From Flectonema sp. DT1601 (lineage: Eukaryota): a DNA stretch of 64,000 nucleotides. The notes below the pieces were generated by a model. That model did no database searches and was not told the DNA's origin. It saw only the letters and a list, made by a program, of their open reading frames with translations. This document shows positions 1 to 11,522 of this stretch, in pieces. Location: NCBI GenBank assembly GCA_964019425.1, contig OZ025781.1, forward strand, positions 310,001 to 374,000, written 5' to 3'. How positions within the stretch are numbered: position 1 is the stretch's first letter; every line of letters begins with the position of its first letter. The position numbers were made by a program, and so were the translations under genes.

Positions 1-1699
1 AGTGTTTCTGAAAAAAAAAGATAGCAAAAAAAAAAAAAAAAAAAATCCAATACTGCTAAAGTGGAAGCTGTTACACAACTCATTCACTCCTGTCAGACAC
101 AGGCTTGTAGCTCTTAGCGGCATGAGGGCACTAAGCGCACATTTCCTGTTGACACTCACTGTCTATTTGGGAAACGTTCGTGTAGAGCTGTCCATTTCAG
201 AAGCTTTGATGTGGAATCATAGGTTTTTCCCTTCTTTTTTTTTTTTTTTTTTTTTTTTCCCTATTCCTGATAGCAGCGAAGGGTTACTAATACGTAAGGA
301 TTAATGTGAAAAAAAAAAGAATCGGCACCTCACTAAATAATTCTCACGCTTTGTTTTTGTTTGTGCGCAACCGGAAACAAGCCTATAAAGTAAGGATGTT
401 AACGTTACGCTGCCACAATTCTCTTTCGCTCGTAAAACATGTCTTCGAGATGAAAAAAAACCATTCAGATTAGCCTTATATTTCGTTGAACGCAGACAGA
501 ATCCTGTCGCACGGGGGAAATAAATCATGACCATAAGAAATAACGGCTTTCAATCTGAATAGTTTTTTCTCCGACTACGTCGGTACAAAAAAAAAAAAAA
601 AAAAAAAAAAAAACAACACATTAAAATTCTGAACTAAATACGAGTTGCTATGTCTGCAATGCAAATTCTAACGAAGGGGAAAAAAAGGTTGCTGAGAGGG
701 GAAGGAAAAAAAAAAAAAAAAAAGTAGCGATTCTGCAAACCTAAGTTTATAATTTTGTTATTAAGAGAAAAGAACCCAATAGGGTTCGAATAAGAGGGTT
801 TCTTTTTTTTTTTTTTTTTTCATTGAACTTCCTAATAATTGAAAAAAAAAAAAAAAAAACAGAAATGAAAGAAAAGTTGGGAATGAGACTACAGGATCGA
901 GTTAGGGGGAACTATAATACAACGGTGGGGGGGGTAACTTGATACTATGATTAAATATAAAGCAACTTGAAACTGGCTAAAACGAATATAGGGTTCGGCC
1001 AAACCTGGTTGCAATGAAAAGAGACCAACAGTTGGTACCCATATATGCTGTCGAATATGGGGATTCGGGGGCCACGTACTACAGGTTGAGCGCCCCATGC
1101 CCTGTAGCCCGGGGGCTGCAATATGCAAGAAAAACGCTACAGCAGTATTTTTAATCCAAACTACGTTACGCTACCTGAACCAGAACGAATGAATACAAGG
1201 ACAAATAAAATTTAAAAAAAAAAAAAAAATTGAAATGCTTACGCCAAGATAATCACACAAAACAAGGTAAATATTATCTTTAGTCGGCTATGGCGATTGC
1301 CAGTTTGCTTCAACAAGGGGGAGCGTACTACAATTTTTATTAAAAATTAGTCTTAAAAAAAACAATTAGTCGGTATAACCAAAAAAAAAAAGAAAAAAAA
1401 GAGAAAAAAAAAGAAAAAGGAACTGCGAGAATGAGACAAACGTGGCAAAAAGTTTTTTTTTTTTTTCCCATTCTTCTTTGTGAGACAAAACTACATTCAG
1501 TTCACTAAGAAAGCTATTTTTAGATCAAGAAAACAAAACGTACTTAATGATTTTTTAAAAAAAATAAAAAAAAAAAGGAAAGAGGAAAGAGGAAGATATC
1601 CCAATGATTATCAATATAGACGAGGAAACAACAGAATACGATATACCAAACAGTAAGACAATACATTTTTTTATTTTATTTTTTTTGGGAAAGTCATTT

Positions 1700-3832
1700 T
1701 CATTTTTTAATTTTCCCCCAATAACCGTGTTGCTGAACACGGTAATTACCAGGACCATTTCCGTCAACTCGTGTCACTCTGAGGTCAACTACGCTTTTGG
1801 GTTTTGAATGTTTTTTTTGAGGTTTTGATTTTTTTACTACAACTGGATCCGATTGTTTTGCACCCCATCCAGAGGCTGGTGGAACTGTTGGAGTCGTAAA
1901 TTGAGGAAGGGAAGAATTATTTACCGTCGTTGGAGTCGTGAAAGGATCTACACTCTGTTCGGGTTCATCGAAGGGAGAACCCGGAGTGACCTTTGTCTTT
2001 GACCACGACACAGATCTTTTTGATATTTTTGGATCCCCCTCACCCAAAGCAACAGAAATACTACCATCAGGTATCCAAGAACCATTAACACTCACATGCC
2101 AGGAGGTTATACTAAATGGTAGTTCTCCCTCGTGTTCTTGTGAAGATGCGATAATTGCATTTCCATCATCAGTTGTGTTTGTTCTAATTATCCACCTCCC
2201 TCCTTTAGATTGAAGCATGTACTGACCTCCACGTGAAACCCAACTAGGAGCATCTTCTATCAATTTCTTTCGTATTGCATAAGTTCCTTGGACCTTTGTC
2301 TTTGCCGGTGATATAACTGTTACGTACCTGTAGTCAACTCCTCCCGATGTCTCTGTTTGATCTTCGTCAGGTGAGTCGTGTGATGTTTTACTGTTCAGAA
2401 GATCTTCTAAATTTAAAGTATTTTGAGCCGCTGATGATTGATGTGATGGTTTGGCTTCTGGACCACGAGTATCAGCTACAGTCAGCTTTTCATCACCTGA
2501 AAGTACAGATTCTAAACCTTCACGGAGAGAGCTTCGAACTTGAGCGTTTTGAGGTTTGCAAGAAACATCTTTTGCCGCCAGCAGATCAACTACGAGAGTA
2601 CCACCTCCATGGCTAGGACTTCTCGTGTCGGTGACTAACATTGGTAAGTAACCAGGAAGGAGCACTTGTGATGTGAAAGTGCTCAATGGGACTCCGATGT
2701 TTCCTGGGTTTGATACTCGGAATATTAACCCCCGAGAACCAATTTGCATTGACGCCGTTAACGGTATTGACCAAGTCACCCACCTACCTCGTAATGTAGT
2801 CCAGTAGTCAGTCACATGCTGAACAGGATCAGGAATGTTTATGTATAACTGATCAGGAGGTGATGGTTGACTGACAGGGGACGATGCAATTGCCTGAACG
2901 AGAGCCGTAGTTGCAGCCCATCTAGAGTCGGTAAGCAGCATTGGTGTGTTTGATGAGATGTGACTACCCTCAAACCCCAACACATAATCTAACTGTTCTT
3001 TTCCAAATACAAATAAAACCATTATCAACATCTCACCAACTGATAACTCTTCACTGTATCGAATCTCACTTAGGGCTTCACATATAATTCTAGCGAGTTC
3101 TAAGGGTGCGCCTTGTTGATGATCAATCCAATTTATATTTTGAAGCAGCTCATGAATCACCGCGTGTGTTGAGGCTCCGTTATTTTTAAATGACTTTTTA
3201 CTATTACCGTACAACTCCATTGTTCTTGAAACATGTGCAGTAGCTTGTTGCCTGATGGTTTTTTCATCATCGCATACAATAGGAGAAGTTATTCTATAGG
3301 GCTCTATTGGCACTCCGAATTCTTGTGGATCTGGAGGCTCCTCGAGTAGTTTTTTTATTCGTGTTGTTATCAGTAAGACTGATTGCTTTATATTATTTCC
3401 GAGAGGTGATGGAGGCTGATACCCCCCTGGAGATGCAGAGCTAGCGACGTCATCATCTCGTAGTATGGTTTCAATCGGAGGGGTAGAAGCTGTCGTTGCT
3501 GGAGCTGCTTTATCAGTAAGCGGCTTATCGCTGAATTCTAATTTAATTTTGCCTAATCCTTTAAATTGGGATAGCTGTGATTTTTTTGTAACTGCCACAT
3601 CATTCATTCTTATTAAGTATTTCCCCACTTGCTTTTCCAATTTGTGCACTTTTGGTACCCTTCCCTGTGCCTGACTCAGCTTTAAGTTTCCACTCGAGGG
3701 GTCAAATTGCAATCCCAGAGGCTCTTCACTCTTTTTCTTCACAAACACAATTTCTGTTGCCTCCTCCTTGCTTTTCTTGTGCATTTCATGTCTGTCTTCA
3801 TCTTTGGGCTGTTTGCTTAAACAGCACCCCAT
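1700..3832 (-). CDS. Hypothetical 710-aa protein, predicted N-myristoylated/palmitoylated, with an N-terminal PDZ-like domain
   Basis: Long ORF starting MGCCLSK (dual acylation motif). PDZ-like segment EIVFVKKKSEEPLGLQFD...VGKYLIRMNDVAV. Trp-rich beta module near the C-terminus. TTCAG acceptor 1 nt before the ATG. Confidence 0.7.
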   Translation of the reverse strand: MGCCLSKQPKDEDRHEMHKKSKEEATEIVFVKKKSEEPLGLQFDPSSGNLKLSQAQGRVPKVHKLEKQVGKYLIRMNDVAVTKKSQLSQFKGLGKIKLEFSDKPLTDKAAPATTASTPPIETILRDDDVASSASPGGYQPPSPLGNNIKQSVLLITTRIKKLLEEPPDPQEFGVPIEPYRITSPIVCDDEKTIRQQATAHVSRTMELYGNSKKSFKNNGASTHAVIHELLQNINWIDHQQGAPLELARIICEALSEIRYSEELSVGEMLIMVLFVFGKEQLDYVLGFEGSHISSNTPMLLTDSRWAATTALVQAIASSPVSQPSPPDQLYINIPDPVQHVTDYWTTLRGRWVTWSIPLTASMQIGSRGLIFRVSNPGNIGVPLSTFTSQVLLPGYLPMLVTDTRSPSHGGGTLVVDLLAAKDVSCKPQNAQVRSSLREGLESVLSGDEKLTVADTRGPEAKPSHQSSAAQNTLNLEDLLNSKTSHDSPDEDQTETSGGVDYRYVTVISPAKTKVQGTYAIRKKLIEDAPSWVSRGGQYMLQSKGGRWIIRTNTTDDGNAIIASSQEHEGELPFSITSWHVSVNGSWIPDGSISVALGEGDPKISKRSVSWSKTKVTPGSPFDEPEQSVDPFTTPTTVNNSSLPQFTTPTVPPASGWGAKQSDPVVVKKSKPQKKHSKPKSVVDLRVTRVDGNGPGNYRVQQHGYWGKIKK

Positions 3833-4330
3833 ACTGAATGGAAGAATAAAATAATAATTCCTTCCTTAAAAAAAACGGGAGAATACAAAATCATCTTTTA
3901 TTTCTCCGTTCAATTGTCGTACTCTCCTTCGATAGTGTGCTGACTCAGAGGCTGCAAGGAAAAAAAAAAAAGAAACAATAAAACAAAATGAACACAAATA
4001 GATTTTCCCTCTGATTTAGACAACAATCCGTTGCTCCATTCTTTTCCACCCCCTTTTTTTTTTAATTTTTTAATTTTTTTTTTTTTTTTGGAAAAAAAAC
4101 CCCCTCTCCAACAGAGACGGGAAGAACAAAAAAAAGAAAATATTTCCAGCAACGCTACAAGAAAAAAAAAAAAAAAAGAGATAACCGAGGAGTTTTCAAC
4201 TCCCCCTTCCCGTCCCGACCCTCGAACTGTTCCAAACAAAATGCGAAGTACCGAAAGCACCCGGAAAAGACCACTAGAAAAAGAAAAAGGATGACTCGCC
4301 CATATTCTGGAACTCGTTACCGGACTGTGT

Positions 4331-4734
4331 CTATGCGACGTTCTTCAGCTGTGCCTCAAGCTCTTTTCCGTCAACTCCAGTGAACATCGGGTCGAAGATA
4401 TCGATTTTGTTTTGCTTGAAGTACATCGCGTAGAAGGCCTGCTCCTTCTCCCTCAATGGATCCCACGCCTGTGGGTATCCGTTGTGGTATTGGTTTCTTC
4501 TTCCCTTCTCATCTACAACCGCCATCTTCGACATGGCGTAGGTGATTCCAACTAACCCGGCGATGAATGCTGGGAAGTGGATGTACTCGTTTCTGTTTTG
4601 AGTTTTTTTTTTTTTAATTTCTACACATTAAAAAAAAGTAAGACAAAAAGAAATATATGTTATGTAGCATACCTTGACCAGTAGCGACCAATGTAGAACG
4701 GGAGTCTGAGGGTCTTCCATGGAGTGTAAACCAT
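4331..4734 (-). CDS. 107-aa single-TM protein, probable mitochondrial ATP synthase subunit i/j (euglenozoan type); exons 4673-4734 and 4331-4592
   Basis: Intron 4593-4672 (GTATGC...AAACAG) joins MVYTPWKTLRLPFYIGRYWSR in frame to NEYIHFPAFIAGLVGITYAMSK...GYPQAWDP...DIFDPMFTG. Strong C/G-ending codon bias. The MVYTxWK, GYPxxxDP and DIxxPxxTG pattern resembles the trypanosomatid subunit as I recall it. Confidence 0.7.
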
Positions 4735-5653
4735 TTTTTTTTTTTGTTTTTAAAGACCTTTAATATCTGTTTACGAAAATAGAGTGAGTTTGACTTTTTT
4801 AACGTGAATCCAAAAAAAAATATTCCTTCTTTTCTCTCTTAAAACTATGGTCACGTTTTGGTCATGATCGTGGGTTTTTTTTTTTTTTTTTTTCCAACAT
4901 CAAAAAAAAGTTTTTTTTCGCTGCTGGAAAAAACCATTATACAATAGCAGTTAATATTTAAAAAAAGAAAAAAAAAGAAAAAAAAAACGTAAAAAAAACA
5001 ATTCAGTGATTGCACTGTCCCTTAAATGAAGTCACCTTCCTCACCTCCAAACAGACTTTGTATCCGTAATAAGAATATATATTCGGATACCAAATATCTT
5101 TTAAAAAAAAGCAAATCCTTAAATTATAAACAAGTCTATCCATGCTGGTGATCCATAATCCGAAAACAAGTTTCAAAAAAAAAAAAAAAAAAAAAGGGAA
5201 AAAAAGGGAAATGAAAAACTCATCAATGAATAAAGACAGAGGAAGTGTAAAAATAAGATTGCTGGTTTGTGTTTTTTTTTTTTTTTTAAAAATTTTGCCA
5301 CCCGAAGCACTTTACCTCCGTTGATCGGAGTGACGGCTGCAGGGTTGCGAAAGGGTAAACAAGCAAAAAAAAGAAGAGAAAAAAAAAAGAAAAAAAAAGT
5401 ATTTTCCAAAAAACAGCCACATAGCAGCCTTTTGAGCTCCTTATGAGCATCAGGCTTTACATCATGAGACGTCAGGAAAAAAACGAAAATGAAGGGTGGG
5501 GAAAAGTAAATAGAGAAAAGAAACGTCAACAAATTGAGAGTAGGCAAAAAGAGTTGCATTGACAGAAGAAAAAAAAACCGCAGGGAAAAAAAACAAATGA
5601 AGAAAGAATTCATATTGTCAACAAAGAGTAAAACTGTAACTATAAAAGTGAAA

Positions 5654-8122
5654 TCACTGATCCTTGTTTCGGAAAAGGATGTCAAGAACTGAAAATCTAA
5701 ACTTTTGTGCAAAACGTTGGCAAAGACGAATACCGCGAATGCTATTTCCAATATCATCAAGTTTTGGTGACCAAACACACATTCCAAGTATACCAGGAAC
5801 AACTACAAAGATCTCACCAGCAACACCAGACTTTGCAGGCATTCCAATAGTACATGCCCACTCACCACTGTAGTCATACATTCCACACGAACTGATAATT
5901 TGAAGCGTTTGTTTTACTTCTGTTTCTGTAACAATCTTCTTTCCAGTAAGTGGACTACAGCCGTAATTCGCGTAGGTTGCTGCGGCGTTAGCAAGTAGTG
6001 GAGTTGAGACCCTACACGAGCAAATCCTTAAATAAAACTCCACACTCTGCGCTAACGAATGATGACTATCTACAGACAACGGGAATGTATTCTCAGCCTT
6101 CATAAAGTTCGCGAGTGCGTAATTTCTAAATGCGCAACCTTGCTCACTTTTAAATACATCCAGGCAGTCTCCTACAGGTAGGTCACCTGCTAAGTCACTT
6201 AGAAATGATTTGTATGGCATCAACCGATTCTCTATATTATCACAAAGAGTCGGGTCCAGCATAGAACACGTCACGATCGCTCCAGCGTTTGTAACTGGAT
6301 TGAACGGGTTTCCTTTTTTTGTTAAAGTGAAATCATTGAATGCTCTGCCTGATGGTTCCTGACCAACATGCTTATGAACATATTCGTGACCATGTAAAGA
6401 CAGTGCTCTAGTGTAAGCAAAAGCTTTACCCACAGATTGAATTGAAAATGTGTCTTCGGTATGACCCAGGTTAAACCTCTGACCATTGACTGTACAGATT
6501 GATATTGCGAATCTCTCTGACGGGGCATCACGAAGCTCTGGTATGTAGTCAGCATTGGCACCATCGTTGGGAGTGTTTTCTAAAACATCGTAGTACATCT
6601 TACAGAGATTACTTGTAAAAGCTTCCCAATTCTTAATTTCTAACTTATCAAGAACAACTGATGGTATTATAGAAAGCGGTGCGTCGATATCCACGTCACC
6701 CAGTGGCTCGTGTTCAGGAAAACCTCCCAATACTAAGTCTGAAAAGTCATCCCAAGCGAAGAACAAATTTTCGAATTCTGAGATATTTTTAATAAGAGGA
6801 GGGCTGTAATCACTTAACGCAGCTCTAACAGAGGGAAGTAATAGCTTTTGAACACCTGCATCCTCAATTGGTTTTGCGATTAGTCGAATTTCATCAGTTA
6901 AAGCTGGATGACCAATAATATCAAAACCATACGACTCATGAAGTCTGAGGATTAAAGCTGTGACTGGAAGTACTTCTGTTTTTGGAAATGCGATTGACGA
7001 TGATAGTTTTTCAAAGAAATTACGAGTCCGTCTTTGCATAGCTGCGTAAGAAGGGACCTCAACAAACTTATCAGAGGTAGCTCCGTTATCCTTTAAGTAG
7101 TCAGCAATGTTGTTGTGAGTATTACGAATAGCTCCTCTTAAAGGAGTTGTTCCCCATCTGTCTTTGACATTTAGATCTGCTCCAGCGTTCAGTAGTATTT
7201 TAACACAACTCATGTGTCCTTCTTCTGCTGCTAAGTGAAGAGCACATCTATTGTCGTAGTCACCTGTGTTTATTGAGCTTACTGTAGGTATCAGTCTCTG
7301 TAATTCTTCTGCATCACCAGCAGCTGCTGCCTTGATCAAAGCATCAATCGCAGCAGTCTTGGCGACGGTTCGAATGCTGCTTTTTCGTTTTGGGATGCAT
7401 TCGTGAGTGAGGCGAGCACCTTGATTTTTTAAATAGGCGACTACTTCATGTTGATGACATGCTTCTGCTCCAGATAGTGGTGTTGTTGTCCATTTGTCTT
7501 GACAGTTAACGTCAGCTCCCTTCTCAACTAAGTATTTCACCATTTCTAAGTGACCTTCTTCAGCTGCAATGTGAAGTGGGTGTCGGAAATCATAGTCGTT
7601 GGTATTGGCAGATGCCCCTCCCTCGATTAACTTCTTTATCTCATTGAGGTTTCCTGAGAGTGCTGCGCTGCACATCTTGTGACTAATGACGCTGTTTCCG
7701 ACCTCGTTGGGGCACTCAGCTCCTTTTGATTTTAAAAAGTTAGCAACCTCGGTATGAGCATTCTGCTGAGCGCCTGTCAGAGGAGTATTTCCCCACCTGT
7801 CGGTACAATTAACATTCGCACCTCGTGAGATGAGCAGTTCAACAACAGCGAGTTTTCCTTCTTCTGCTGCGAGATGGAGAGCGCTTCTGTGATCATAATC
7901 AGAGAGGTTTGGATCAGCTCCTCTATCAAGAGAGTCTTTGAGTGAATCAACCTGACCACGTGCTGCTTCATCACATAATATCGTTGCGTAGTCACGAGTT
8001 CCAGTCGCCATTGACTTCTTCTTCATTAACGTTGTTAAATAAGCAACAGGATCCTCTGGATTGTTCGTCTTCAGTGATTCCCTTATCTCACTGAGAAGAC
8101 TATCAACTGACACGGTTGTCAT
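5654..8122 (-). CDS. GLS: Glutaminase with N-terminal ankyrin repeats and a Dpy-30/RIIa-like N-terminal helix pair
   Basis: Glutaminase motifs ADYIPEL, QSVGK (catalytic SxxK), GQEPSG, NPVTNAGAI, CGMYDYSG, PAKSGVAG. Three blocks of ankyrin repeats (DYDxRxxLHxAAEEG / DxWxxTPL). Confidence 0.93.
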   Translation of the reverse strand: MTTVSVDSLLSEIRESLKTNNPEDPVAYLTTLMKKKSMATGTRDYATILCDEAARGQVDSLKDSLDRGADPNLSDYDHRSALHLAAEEGKLAVVELLISRGANVNCTDRWGNTPLTGAQQNAHTEVANFLKSKGAECPNEVGNSVISHKMCSAALSGNLNEIKKLIEGGASANTNDYDFRHPLHIAAEEGHLEMVKYLVEKGADVNCQDKWTTTPLSGAEACHQHEVVAYLKNQGARLTHECIPKRKSSIRTVAKTAAIDALIKAAAAGDAEELQRLIPTVSSINTGDYDNRCALHLAAEEGHMSCVKILLNAGADLNVKDRWGTTPLRGAIRNTHNNIADYLKDNGATSDKFVEVPSYAAMQRRTRNFFEKLSSSIAFPKTEVLPVTALILRLHESYGFDIIGHPALTDEIRLIAKPIEDAGVQKLLLPSVRAALSDYSPPLIKNISEFENLFFAWDDFSDLVLGGFPEHEPLGDVDIDAPLSIIPSVVLDKLEIKNWEAFTSNLCKMYYDVLENTPNDGANADYIPELRDAPSERFAISICTVNGQRFNLGHTEDTFSIQSVGKAFAYTRALSLHGHEYVHKHVGQEPSGRAFNDFTLTKKGNPFNPVTNAGAIVTCSMLDPTLCDNIENRLMPYKSFLSDLAGDLPVGDCLDVFKSEQGCAFRNYALANFMKAENTFPLSVDSHHSLAQSVEFYLRICSCRVSTPLLANAAATYANYGCSPLTGKKIVTETEVKQTLQIISSCGMYDYSGEWACTIGMPAKSGVAGEIFVVVPGILGMCVWSPKLDDIGNSIRGIRLCQRFAQKFRFSVLDILFRNKDQ

Positions 8123-8639
8123 TATTCGGTTTTATAAAGTAAACCTGTAGAACAAATCGATATTTCTTAAAAGTTGTATGTCAATCATATATAGTAGAGC
8201 TTGACTGACAGTGTTGTAGTATGCAGCCTATTCAAAAGATAGAAATTATCCAATACCGAACACTGTATCAAACCTCCCAAGCCTTAAACCCCGATAAAGG
8301 GACACTTTTCGCACTGCTACAAGTTACTTCTCTTTCGTCTCCTTTTTTTTTATTTCAAGAATAATTCTCCTTATTATTTTGTCGTTTTTTTTTTTTTTTT
8401 TTTTTTTTTCGTTTTTTCCCCATGTAGTAATAAGGTAGATCTAAAGGGCGGGGATGAAATTTAAAAAAAAAAAAAAAAACTTATTCATTTTTTTTTTTGT
8501 TATGTTGTTCACCTCCTGATTAATACCGGAGTCTAAAACACGGTACCGTACCATTACGAAGGTAAGGCGTTTCTCCCGCACATTGTTGCATCGCATCAAG
8601 CAGACACACTCTTGAAATTCCCTGCGTCGAGGAGTATGG

Positions 8640-11144
8640 CTAGTCAGTACTTCTATGAAACCTCTTATTCGGTACCTGTTTTGAAATGTTATTTTTACAA
8701 GCCAAGTTCGAGTCCTGGTGTGAGATTTTTTTTATGGAAAATATTTGAACATACCTCAGCAGAGTGATGAGTCATGAACAAGAGAGCAAGCAAGGCAATA
8801 ACACACGTCAAAGTTGCTGTTAATACAGTCGTACCTTGATGTGTCTTTGCTATGTATCCAATCAGTCCTTGCTTTGTTACGATCAGAAGATCATTCACTC
8901 CGTCAGAGTTAATATCAACCACCTGAACAGGAGCCAGTATTGGGAACTCGAGGATAAGTTCACTTTCATGCTGTCCATTTCCAGCATTCAAAACAGCTAT
9001 TCTACGAGCACCAACAGCAAGGATAAACTGCGTAGGGTAGACGTTGTATAGATTTCTAATAGTCACTGTGTCCTGTTTTATGTTTTTTTTTTTTTTTCCA
9101 ATCACACTGAACTCACAGGGTGGTAAATACAAACCTGTGTTGGATCAGGCTCTGTTGGAGTGCGTGGTGAGTAAGGCTTCAGATGGGCAAATGAGTCGAT
9201 TGGCTTTACTTTCTCACTGTTGTGTGTGTTGTGTTTTTATTGAGAGACTAAACGACTACCACGTGTGTAAACAAGTACATACCGAAGCTCTGCGCTCCAT
9301 GCAGTTTCTTCAGTTCCAAGTTTCCCCAAAGCTTTGGCGATACCACCAGCTGAGTGACCTCCGAAGGTTGCGTCAGTGTCTGAGTGCCAGCGGAGTTTCC
9401 CTGTTTTACCATCTAGGCAAGTAACTAAACCAGAACTGATGTAAAATAAAACATCAGTCTGATACCTTGCAAGATGAAGAGAGTATCCGTGGTGAATGTG
9501 ACGATGAATTGAGATTGGAGTCGCTGCAGTGATCGACTCATCAAAATGATCTCTTGATCCCATGCCAGGAATTTCATAACCTCCAAGAGAGTTCATTACG
9601 GTACCTTCTTGTTCTTCATCTCCTTTTAGAATTGATCGCAAGAATTCAAATTGGTGAAGCATTCCGCCTTCAATACAGATGCTGTGATTATGAATTAATT
9701 TATGAGAATATGGAATTCCCGTGAAGATCTCTCCTTTGCATGAGGTTCCTTGAGCTGCCCAGTCACGTTTGTTGGTGTCGAGATTCTGAGCAGTGTCAGC
9801 GATGACAGTTGAGACTCCATCAATTATTGAGTCATCGTTTAGATCCTCGTAGAGCCAACCAGCTTTTAATGGTCCAACTTGAGCAAGTGTCTTTCCTGTG
9901 TAAAGATGGATAGCTTCTAATCCATTGCGTCTGTGAGCTACGATCACATTAGCTGCTGGCATGTCTTTCCTCTTTTCACGCCACTGTAACAGCGACCAAA
10001 CTCTCTCACCAAGAACACCATAACGAGTATCACTTTTAGATCTGTCTTTCGATTTGTCTTTTGCAATCTTCGACAGTTCTGTTACCGAGTGTGCCTTTAT
10101 CTTCTTTCTGTTAGATCTTGGAGCGAATCTGTGAAGTTGTAATTTAGCATCATGATGATGTGTGTATGCATAAGGAAGGGATGCGATTAGGTTTCTTCGA
10201 TAGTACCTCCAATCTTGCTCACCTGAATGATGTTCTAAGTGTTGTGCTGTTAATTTATAGCTGTGTTGAGACTTTACCTTGTCTTCTTGACTTGGTTCTA
10301 TTTCATCAGTTGAGTTGTGGGACCAACGTAGAGACCCATCTTTTCCATTTAATGCGTAGTATGATAGCTGACGAGGACTTGCTGCGAAATTGTCATCATC
10401 GAACTCTTCTGAATTAAGTGGAAGCTCAACTTCAACAGCTACGATTACCAATCCCTTGTCGTCGCTGTAAATCTGATTTGGTAGAATCATAACTGTTGCT
10501 GTTGTTGGTAAGAACCAATTATACAACTCTTCGCCATCATAAAGTTCATCGTACATAAAGTTTTCTTTCGATGCTGGAACAGGTAACCTGATAGACCATT
10601 GCTCAGCAAGCTCATGATTGTATAGTGTGACGGTGTAGTCATCAGAGACTGCACAAATATATTGTTTTACAGAAGTTTTATTAACAACTGGTTCAGGTTT
10701 AGTAGAGTTTGCTAATGAAGCTGTCGGTGCTTTGTGAGCTCTTTTCCATTCATCAGTTCTCTCTAAGAACCCAACTGCGAATCCAATAACAGGCGAGCTT
10801 AGGTATGTATTCTTAGCAGGCGTTAATTCTTGTAGGTACATACTTCTCGAAGTTCTGTAGTTGCTAAATATTGAAAGTCGTTCTCTAGCCATTGATGCTA
10901 CGATTTCATTGGTACCATCACCGTCTAAATCTGTTACGATAGGTTTTGGTCTTGCGTCTCCTGACAGGTCATCGTCTGGGAGATCTTCAGCCCATCGAAC
11001 AATCACACCTTCACTGAACGCAACACTTCCATCATTTTGAAATGACAGGATAATTCCAACAAAACATCCCACAAATAATAAAATATCTCTTCTTCTAATA
11101 CCTGACTTGCGTTTCCCGCCACCACCGCGGACACGCCGCTGCAT
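8640..11144 (-). CDS. FG-GAP repeat (beta-propeller) membrane protein; exons 9283-11144, 9135-9216, 8755-9072, 8640-8675
   Basis: FG-GAP-like motifs DLDGDGTNEIV, DLNDDSIID, DINSDGVNDLL. N- and C-terminal hydrophobic helices. Introns 9217-9282, 9073-9134 and 8676-8754 restore one reading frame ending ...RSTD*. Confidence 0.85.
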
Positions 11145-11522
11145 TGTTGCAGACGGATGATCCCTGAGAAAAACAAAAATATATAATTGAGGTGTTGCAT
11201 ACAAGGAATTGATATATTACTATTAAGGAAGTTCAATTCACACTACGTCATGGTCGTTATGCTTTAATATGTTTGAAGAAAATAAAAAAAAGATTTATTA
11301 AATAATTAAAGTATAATGTGAACCTGCTGACTGAACTTGCAGCATGACTACGATCTTGCGCGAAGGTTTACTAGAAATCGAAAAAAGGGAAAAAAGGAAA
11401 AGAAATTATAAAAAAAAGTGAAAGAATGAAAAAATAATTCGAAACTATTCGCAGGTTAGTCGTACTGTAGTCATCACATAATGATTTAATTTCTAGGCAA
11501 GTGACTACAATGAGGACATAGT

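Noticed and set aside
885..1125. SRP (7SL) RNA, suggested by Alu-like GGGCATGGGGCGCTCAACCTGTAG
   Set aside because: No helix-8 motif (GNRA loop with AGCAG) and the remainder is too AT-rich. Kept only as an unassigned structured region.
5173..5802. 209-aa Phe-rich minus-strand ORF (also 3910-4260, 29104-29514 and similar)
   Set aside because: Produced by poly(T) tracts; overlaps the glutaminase end; no coding character.
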